From the IMG/VR virus record IMGVR_UViG_3300014913_000006: DNA of 64,000 bases; one strand, 5' to 3'. Shown in pieces: positions 58,501 to 64,000 of this stretch (positions are counted from its first letter, which is position 1; each line of letters opens with the position of its first letter). The notes under the pieces are model-generated. The model did no database searches. It saw only the letters and a list, made by a program, of their open reading frames with translations, and had not been told where the DNA came from. Both the position numbers and the translations under genes were made by a program. The stretch comes from a virus.

Positions 58501-60585
58501 ATACCAGTCGCCCTCCCATTTACTCGCTGCGTCTTGAATACCTTCGATAGCAGTGGTGCCAATATTAGCAACTTCTTCACCTAATTGTTCTGGTGTATCG
58601 AGTTTGATATCTTCGACCTTGATGTCCCCGATTTTGCCTGCGGCCTCTTCGATAGCTTTTTGCATATCAATATCGGCAGCTTTATAAGCAGCATAACTCA
58701 TCGCACCAAGTGCTAAGGTAATACCTGCTACAGCACCACCAAATGGACCCAATGCCGCAAAAGCGCCAACTATACTTTTGCCCGATAGAACAGAAATAGC
58801 GACAGCCATGATACCAGCAGCCTTTGCTGTTTCGGCAGCAAAAACTCCAGCAGAATTACCAGCCTCTTCCGCAGCTTCAGAGAAATGATCAGCAGCCAAA
58901 GCAACACCAGCAGCCACAGCCATCTGTGCCAGTGGCGAAGCAGCAGCACCTCTAAGTCCACCTGCAAGCCTACCTCCAACTCCACCAGCAGCAGCAGCAC
59001 CTCCAGCCCCTAAACCGACACCACCAGCCAAACGTCTCTGCACTCGTTCTCTGGCAGTAGCACCAGCTACGCCACCAGCACCGCCACCAGTCATCGCACC
59101 CATAACAGCGGGTATGCCACCACCAACGCTAACTGTACTCATGTAAGCCAAAGCCTTAGCGGTAGCACCAATTGAGACGGCAAGCAACTTGAATCCAGCA
59201 GCAAAACCGATGATTGTTGTGAGTGCTGGGATAACTGGTTTGATGAAATCGAGGAACGAGACGAACGCCTTGCCAGCGGTTGTCACACCACGAATGACCG
59301 GAACGAACAGTGGCTCAGCAAGTGTTTGTACCAGCTTGTTGAATTCCTGTACCAGAATATTCAGTTGTGCCTGGAGACCTTCTAGTCCCTGCTCAGCAAT
59401 CTTTCCGAATTTCCCACTGGAGGCACCGGCAGTTCTCAGGGCGTCATCTAGGACATCGATGTTGCTGATCAAAGCAAGCAAACGAGAAATCTGTCGTCTA
59501 CCACCAAGCTTGGTGCCGATTTCAATTCTATCTTGGATACTCGCAGTATCTCTAAGGGCGGCGGCAATGCGCTTGATGGCCTCAACAGGATTCCCGGCTT
59601 CGATTGCTTCAGATATACGAATACCCTTCCCCTCCAGGAAGCCTACGATCTTAGGATCGGCCAAACGAGAAGAAATGGTCTTCATAAAGGTGCCGACAGT
59701 CTCGGCACTTTCTCTTGTGGCTTGTCGAACCGTTGTAAACACAGATGCGAATTCTTTGAATGTTCCACCAATAGCTTCGAACGCAGCACCACCACGAGCA
59801 ACACCCTTGGCAATATCTTCCGAAGATGCAGCGAACTTGTTAGACAACGCTGTCATAACATCCAACACATCGGCTGTTGTCAAACCCTCAGTGTTAAATT
59901 GCTTTAGAGCGGCAATGGTACCTTCAATGGCGGCATCCATTGTTTCAAATGACGGTGTCAATGGAACCTTAGATAGTGCAGTCAGCGATTCTGTTAACTC
60001 GTCACCACGAAAACCAGCCTGAGACAACACCTTCCCAATACGAGCAATCTCACTTGCGGATGTACCAGTCGATGTAGCCAGACCAAGGATTGTATCTCGC
60101 ATCCCACCCATCTGCTGTTCTGTCTGGCCAGTGATCTGCCGCATCTTCAGCATCGCGGTGTCGAATTCAACTACCGCTGCGGTGGCCTTCGTGATACCAC
60201 CAAGTGCAGCAAACGGAACAACAGTAGCAGCCAAGAACGCAGCATATCGTTTACCAGCTATCTTTACCGATTCCCCAAAGCTGTCAGCCTTTGCTGCGGC
60301 AGCAGTCATGCCTGCGGCAGCTTTTTGTGTCGCACCGGCAGTCTTGCCCTGAGACGAAACGAGTTTGTTATTCGCCACAGTTACCTTGTCTGTTGCAGCA
60401 GCGAGTGTAGTAGCGGCGGCAGCTTGTGCCTTGACACCAGCGGCAATTCCACCCGCACCACCAGCGGCAGCGCCACCAGCGGCACCGGTAGTAACGGTAC
60501 CCTGCATTTTAGACAGAGCAGCCTCGACCTTTTGCAGGCCGAGAATGTCCTGAATTCTAAGATTAACGTCAAGTACAAATGCCAC
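55528..60585 (-). CDS. Phage tail tape measure protein (TP901-like core)
   Basis: 1685-aa Ala/Gly-rich helical protein; EFDTAM, LSQAGF, DVM..LSNKFA.SS.DIA.G..R.G, AETVGT.MKTI.SRL. Confidence 0.88.
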   Translation of the reverse strand: MAFVLDVNLRIQDILGLQKVEAALSKMQGTVTTGAAGGAAAGGAGGIAAGVKAQAAAATTLAAATDKVTVANNKLVSSQGKTAGATQKAAAGMTAAAAKADSFGESVKIAGKRYAAFLAATVVPFAALGGITKATAAVVEFDTAMLKMRQITGQTEQQMGGMRDTILGLATSTGTSASEIARIGKVLSQAGFRGDELTESLTALSKVPLTPSFETMDAAIEGTIAALKQFNTEGLTTADVLDVMTALSNKFAASSEDIAKGVARGGAAFEAIGGTFKEFASVFTTVRQATRESAETVGTFMKTISSRLADPKIVGFLEGKGIRISEAIEAGNPVEAIKRIAAALRDTASIQDRIEIGTKLGGRRQISRLLALISNIDVLDDALRTAGASSGKFGKIAEQGLEGLQAQLNILVQEFNKLVQTLAEPLFVPVIRGVTTAGKAFVSFLDFIKPVIPALTTIIGFAAGFKLLAVSIGATAKALAYMSTVSVGGGIPAVMGAMTGGGAGGVAGATARERVQRRLAGGVGLGAGGAAAAGGVGGRLAGGLRGAAASPLAQMAVAAGVALAADHFSEAAEEAGNSAGVFAAETAKAAGIMAVAISVLSGKSIVGAFAALGPFGGAVAGITLALGAMSYAAYKAADIDMQKAIEEAAGKIGDIKVEDIKLDTPEQLGEEVANIGTTAIEGIQDAASKWEGDWYDVFANIGPRVANLFKGEGLVTVGDTEAQEILETIVGKNPELLNEILQRAVEEFGAGGLEAGFDQILTEAFGGNAEAAARVRQAMITQLGGLEKIAASIDQVQMDVKVTKLANAIEKASSDFERLHVPVQLSHELGLLSDAVGNAARSIQTNVETFDKLSQLVGQDVSVAKPGGEYTREAVEEIARTGKMGDFLDLSQFEELKGFTTDMARVGTALEEFMKSMIKSKANADSLRSLLGDPQVDPFDVLEDYIDKFIEEYPEQIPPEAEAAFRAAAANLGGQLKGMLVDQAGVVMDSESIQKAFQDVLGKQQPFYEAAIDTFKTWMDAQAQQLNLALAGEELLAGVDVGTSELGDTIIRSFQNAMQLAGLDIQFPPGFAMGFVDANDVMIDLAQNGDVVGEVLKQYEESYNRHAELNRKVAEAQKTGEGASRGLQQAAIDSATEVLNLQVALAQLAKMAQMAPQALSEQQEERRGLGYDFNEEWAAQAAENLASSSKQMSELISRQRQFIEAQAAIDVAQAFEEPADIFAQALRESASAVKAFTSSLTKQDLERGAGALDTKVTPEGRVYTERRHVPEARRTEQQRTMDQRNLQSALFGGDMGRVMETMLQAAASTAESKVLGQLNRGQQDQASANIELAESFREFKGFIYDIPKMIQDSGLDPAEVAKAAAESLRSQAQEPGIREVEHIGALNRSLNDLSNSLQSMIERPEVARQPEELVPQLTPAMQDYLRSLTPAAQQPMGEQEAAPRAFEDISASAADIQQAASETRMAADATTRSTEEMRTASTDMRTGGTDMVVASQGMNESVGQMQAIADAQREALAGQQEAAAGGAGGEGAREAISQTTEAVNALGDRVDSVAMAIEAQTQQEADRAASGQKKPLEVLGLDDNTEAIAANNEVIDKSQESMGNLNEGMARVAGAMEEGIGIDIETMSDIKVDVSGVGAAAKEFTADFEAVATRVAKAEINAVLQHLARSAGSSEAANAFESALT

Positions 60586-60598
60586 TTACATCACGCTC

Positions 60599-61537
60599 CT
60601 AACCCTTTTGCTTTGCAGTGATCTTCTTCCTGGTTCCTTTCTTGGTAGAAGCCCTCTTCTTCTTAGCCTTCGGCTTCGTCTGCTTCCTTGGCTTTCCCCC
60701 TATCTCACCAATGACGATTGGGTCTCCGGTCTCATCATCGATAAACGGTTGTGAAACATCTACCAATAGATTGCCATGTTCATCAACCGGACGACCAAAA
60801 GTGTCTACCATCTGACCCTCTTTGTTGATGTAACGTCCATCCTTATTGACCAATCGACCATATCTGTCTGTGGTAACTCCATCTGCCCCGATATATCGCC
60901 CATCGTCGTCGATCATCTTGGCGTCCTTGAGCCACTGCATCTCGAACATGTTCTTATGTACATTGCCCTCAAGGCCATATACCATGTTGGCAAGAGTCTT
61001 CGCACAAGCGGTCACAGCCACCTCGTCTTGACGATCAACATATTCTGAATGGTTCTTGAAGAAAGGGGCACCAGTATCGGCAAATACGCAACACTTTACC
61101 AGCAGGAACTCAAAGCGAAAGTTCTCAGCCTGAGATTCTACTGTCGCAGAATCAAACTGTTGCCGCTTCGCGTGTTTCTCCATAATCAACTGTCGCTTCT
61201 CGGCCATCTGAAGAGCTATTGCCCTTCCTTCAGAAACTTTGATACCACCCTTTTTGAGCATCAACTCGTGAGCACGAATTTCCAACGCCAACTTCTCTAC
61301 TTCGATAGCGTCGTCCATCGTCCAAACACCTAGCTTAGCCAGATACTCTTCGAGTTCAGCCCTGAGCATCAATCGCTTAGCAGGGTTCTGAGCCCCCTGA
61401 CGCATCAATGCGGCCATCCGTAGATTGTAGGCCATATTAGCTTCCTGGCCGATCTTGTTTGTTGGACGAATCACTGCCAACTTGAGTGGCTTGTCCTCAA
61501 CATCTACCGTATCGACAACTGTCCTTTTACTGTCCAT
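60599..61537 (-). CDS. Putative tail assembly chaperone (paralog of 61906-62988)
   Basis: Immediately upstream of the tape measure gene; GGAGG SD before ATG 61537; D..GR.(V/I) repeats and Lys-rich tail. Confidence 0.5.
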   Translation of the reverse strand: MDSKRTVVDTVDVEDKPLKLAVIRPTNKIGQEANMAYNLRMAALMRQGAQNPAKRLMLRAELEEYLAKLGVWTMDDAIEVEKLALEIRAHELMLKKGGIKVSEGRAIALQMAEKRQLIMEKHAKRQQFDSATVESQAENFRFEFLLVKCCVFADTGAPFFKNHSEYVDRQDEVAVTACAKTLANMVYGLEGNVHKNMFEMQWLKDAKMIDDDGRYIGADGVTTDRYGRLVNKDGRYINKEGQMVDTFGRPVDEHGNLLVDVSQPFIDDETGDPIVIGEIGGKPRKQTKPKAKKKRASTKKGTRKKITAKQKG

Positions 61538-61895
61538 CGGTTGTTCCTCCAAAACCCATCCGGTATCCTTCGAACTCGACCTTATGCAGATCGATTTCCA
61601 TCCCCAGGGCACGCGCCTGGGCATTTCCCTTGTCGAGAATGTTCTTGCGAACTTGCTCCCAACGTATCCTATTGGCTTTTTGTTCTGGGGTAAGCTTCTC
61701 TTCTGGTAGGTTGTGACCCCAAACATCAAAACCAAACGTATTCTCGAACTCAGCCAAAGCAGAAATAAAGCAAGTCCTAAACTTCTTACTTGCAATTCTC
61801 TTGAGACGATCTCGTGAATCTTGAGCGATCCGTCCACGATGCGCCTCTTTCTGCCTTCGCCGCAGTGCTGCTAATTCTTCCTCTTTCCTAGACAT
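61527..61895 (-). CDS. hypothetical protein
   Basis: 122-aa basic helical ORF coupled to its neighbours. Confidence 0.6.
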   Translation of the reverse strand: MSRKEEELAALRRRQKEAHRGRIAQDSRDRLKRIASKKFRTCFISALAEFENTFGFDVWGHNLPEEKLTPEQKANRIRWEQVRKNILDKGNAQARALGMEIDLHKVEFEGYRMGFGGTTDGQ

Positions 61896-61905
61896 TCCTA
61901 TCCCC

Positions 61906-62988
61906 TTACTTGCGACTAATGTCCTTGACATGCTTCCTCTGCCTCTCCATTAGTTGCTGCCTCATCTCACCTTGGCTGTCTGGCATATCTTGTTCCCGAA
62001 CGACACCCTTATTGGCGATGATCTTTTGCTTTGCCTTTAACTGAGCACGAGTCGCAGGATTATTCATGTTGTAAACTCGCTGAGCACCTTCTCTGTCTGC
62101 CATAATGAACTCTTCGTTACGACCGGGCTTCAGCGATTTCGGAGCCATACCTGCCTGTGTCTTACCTTCGATCTTTTCACCTTGGCGGATAAACCAAGAA
62201 TCCAACAGATCATCATCTGCAATGATATCCTTGGCTGGTCGCTCGAAAGCCCCGTGGACTGAGTCATAAATGGTAGACCAGTAGGCCAATTCTCGTTGGT
62301 TCAAAGACCAGCTTGCGACCGGCCCATCGAACAATTCATTGGTTGCCTTAGCAACCTCCCAATAAGCCCTCCACTGAACAGACCGTGCCACCTCACGAAT
62401 GACACTTACAGAGATACGAGACCTATGGAAAAACAGTTCGCATAGCTGTGTTATCATGGCGTTGTCGTTACAATCTTCGAAACTCTTCTCTGTCGGCCAC
62501 ACCGGCTCACCATCTTCGGTTTCCGTAATCCTACCTACTAAGTAGCGTTGTTGACAAACTTCGGCAGTGGCTTCGGCGCTGTTCTGTAGTAGGTTGTGTT
62601 TCTGATTGAGGCGACTGACGAAAGCTTTCTCTGCCCGACGCAAAAGAGAGCGTGCTGCTTCCAGCTTCGTTCTGTTGAACAAGAAATCCAACAACCCCCT
62701 ACGGATCGTGTGGATGTCTTTCTCAAGCCCTGCCATCTCTTCATCGGTTTCAACATTCCATTGTCCGAGAGAAATAAGGCTTTCAAGTATTTCGTTTTCA
62801 GGAGGTAGGCCAACCAGAGCAGCGCGTTGACGCTCGGCCTCGTAGACCATAGCGGCTTTTGCCTGTTCTTTGGGCGTGGGGGGTCGCAGCAGAAATGAGA
62901 CCAATTGGTCATCCTGGGTGCTGACAGCCGCTGGGGTGTACCCCCAACTTATTCTTGCAATAAGCCGTTCTATTGCGGCTGAATCCAT
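61906..62988 (-). CDS. Putative tail assembly chaperone-like protein (paralog of 60599-61537)
   Basis: RP.T..E...A.M.Y, L..LG.W, S.E..AE, G.P shared with 60599-61537; C-terminal P..DII.DDD.LDSW. Confidence 0.5.
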   Translation of the reverse strand: MDSAAIERLIARISWGYTPAAVSTQDDQLVSFLLRPPTPKEQAKAAMVYEAERQRAALVGLPPENEILESLISLGQWNVETDEEMAGLEKDIHTIRRGLLDFLFNRTKLEAARSLLRRAEKAFVSRLNQKHNLLQNSAEATAEVCQQRYLVGRITETEDGEPVWPTEKSFEDCNDNAMITQLCELFFHRSRISVSVIREVARSVQWRAYWEVAKATNELFDGPVASWSLNQRELAYWSTIYDSVHGAFERPAKDIIADDDLLDSWFIRQGEKIEGKTQAGMAPKSLKPGRNEEFIMADREGAQRVYNMNNPATRAQLKAKQKIIANKGVVREQDMPDSQGEMRQQLMERQRKHVKDISRK

Positions 62989-63060
62989 CTCGCACCTTCC
63001 CAGTCCCAAAAATTTCAGTGGCACTGTCTGTCCAGACCTAAGTCGATCCTATCCTACCAA

Positions 63061-63071
63061 TATTATACACC
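63061..63071 (-). promoter_or_regulatory. Putative late promoter GGTGTATAATA
   Basis: Upstream of the tail operon start (62988) and downstream of a terminator. Confidence 0.6.
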
Positions 63072-63140
63072 AGATTGATGGGGACAGATACCACCGTTGC
63101 TGTGTTTACCGATATTACAATTATAGCACAACGTCTGACG
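63063..63140 (-). pseudogene. 3' remnant of an HNH endonuclease
   Basis: Frame reads QTLCYNCNIGKHSNGGICPHQSGV*; Q.LCxNCN..K...G.CPH is a phage HNH C-terminus. Confidence 0.65.
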
Positions 63141-63201
63141 CCCCCCCCCTCCGGGGCCAAACCGAATTCCAGACCATTCAGCGGCTCACTCCAATGCGCA
63201 C

Positions 63202-63236
63202 AAAAAAACCGGACAGCCTTGTTGGACCATCCGGTT
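63202..63236 (-). terminator. Rho-independent terminator
   Basis: AACCGGATGG...CTGTCCGGTTTTTTT on - strand. Confidence 0.7.
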
Positions 63237-63245
63237 CTGTGTTCC

Positions 63246-63309
63246 CGTGTACCTGAATCTACACAGTCCACCCCAAGACACGCGCTCTCACCGACTGAGC
63301 TACCGACCC
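63246..63309 (-). pseudogene. Truncated tRNA-Pro(UGG)-like element
   Basis: GGGTCGG-TA-GCTC-AGTCGGTGA-GAGC-G-CGTGT-CTTGGG...ACACG gives acceptor 5' strand, D-arm and anticodon stem; no T-arm or acceptor 3' strand found. Confidence 0.5.
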
Positions 63310-63725
63310 TCTTCTCGCTCGTGGTGATGCCTCAATATATGACAATTGGCACATCTTACATCACACTTAGCCATCTCTTCAAACAGAGTCTTCAAACTAA
63401 GGCCCTGTGTTGCCATCCTGGAAATATCACCATCCTTGGTTCCACGAACATGATCAAATTGTAGAACCACCGGATTCGCTTCTTCACAATCAACACAAGG
63501 ATGCGATTGCAGATACTTCAGTACCTCTTCGTGGTTGATCCTCCGCTGTCTATCCGAAAACACCCTGGCACGATTCTTGTAGGCCCCCTTGTTCTTTGCA
63601 TAGTGATCCCGGCTCATCGTGTTCGTACACTCTCTGCGTCTCTTGTGACGAATCCTCTTTGCCCTATTCGCAAAGTTGAACTCTCTGGCCGGTTTTGCCT
63701 TACCGCATTTTTGACAGATTTTCAT
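63300..63725 (-). CDS. HNH endonuclease
   Basis: CQKCG..K...EF, CVDC.E.NPVVLQFDH..G.K, KCDVRCANCH. Confidence 0.85.
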   Translation of the reverse strand: MKICQKCGKAKPAREFNFANRAKRIRHKRRRECTNTMSRDHYAKNKGAYKNRARVFSDRQRRINHEEVLKYLQSHPCVDCEEANPVVLQFDHVRGTKDGDISRMATQGLSLKTLFEEMAKCDVRCANCHILRHHHEREEGR

Positions 63726-63726
63726 A

Positions 63727-64000
63727 TCAGCCCTCGATCACATTCTTGTGAGGACGAATCCGCTTCATGACATACGCATCCAGCCACCCATATTGTCCGT
63801 CCAGCATAGCAAACATTGCTGGTTGATGGAACATCTTCTGTGCTCGCTGCGCGAAAGCCGCCCGGTCTGGTTGATCCCCTATCCGACCAAACTGCTCTTG
63901 GACCTCAGACAAAACATCCTGATACTGTTGAGATAAAGCAGCAGCAATAGCATCTAGGACGCAATGGTAATCGACATCCACAATACTCCACACCTCTTCG
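63727..64000 (-). CDS. 3' end of a hypothetical protein truncated by the window edge
   Basis: Open frame running to the window end; ...MFAMLDG...KRIRP C-terminus. Confidence 0.55.
   Translation of the reverse strand, partial: EEVWSIVDVDYHCVLDAIAAALSQQYQDVLSEVQEQFGRIGDQPDRAAFAQRAQKMFHQPAMFAMLDGQYGWLDAYVMKRIRPHKNVIEG

Noticed and set aside
59189-60022. 277-aa antisense ORF and other shadow ORFs over the tape measure and fibre genes
   Set aside because: Low-information antisense frames expected from codon bias of long Ala/Gly-rich genes; no motifs or RBS.
61538-61837. 100-aa N-terminal extension of the 60599 gene given in the ORF track
   Set aside because: It overlaps the 61527-61895 gene entirely; a strong GGAGG SD precedes ATG 61537 and paralog similarity starts there.
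63141-63149. C9/G9 homopolymer as a phase-variation switch
   Set aside because: Lies in a decayed HNH remnant with no intact frame to switch; could also be a sequencing artefact.

Overview
A 64-kb segment of a large tailed dsDNA bacteriophage (or prophage-like) genome with two convergent arms. The + arm (1-35949) carries replication and recombination genes: RecA-like recombinase, dCMP deaminase, DnaB, primase, a Cas4/RecB-like nuclease, a DnaE split into two distant genes, SSB, a sigma factor, a putative annealing protein and a Whirly-like protein. Two glycan-biosynthesis clusters are interleaved with these (a sugar-nucleotide pathway, methyltransferases and about 7 glycosyltransferases). Seven inteins are visible: RecA, DnaB, DnaE-N, two in DnaE-C and two in a glycosyltransferase. 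There are also three intact and five decayed free-standing homing endonucleases. The - arm (35946-64000) is a tail/virion module: paralogous chaperone-like genes, tape measure protein, a 2364-aa repeat-rich fibre-like protein, hub-like proteins, a 1179-aa lectin-like protein and two paralogous small proteins. It is preceded by recurring GTGTATAA(T/A)A motifs and a truncated tRNA-like element. The most interesting leads are a possible virion-glycosylation system (glyco clusters plus Ser-Gly-enriched virion proteins), a cohesin-like/dockerin-like domain pair split across two virion proteins, sister inteins in the RecA and DnaB P-loops, an intein-independent split DnaE, and a phage Whirly homologue. 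All calls come from visual motif recognition only; no database searches were run.
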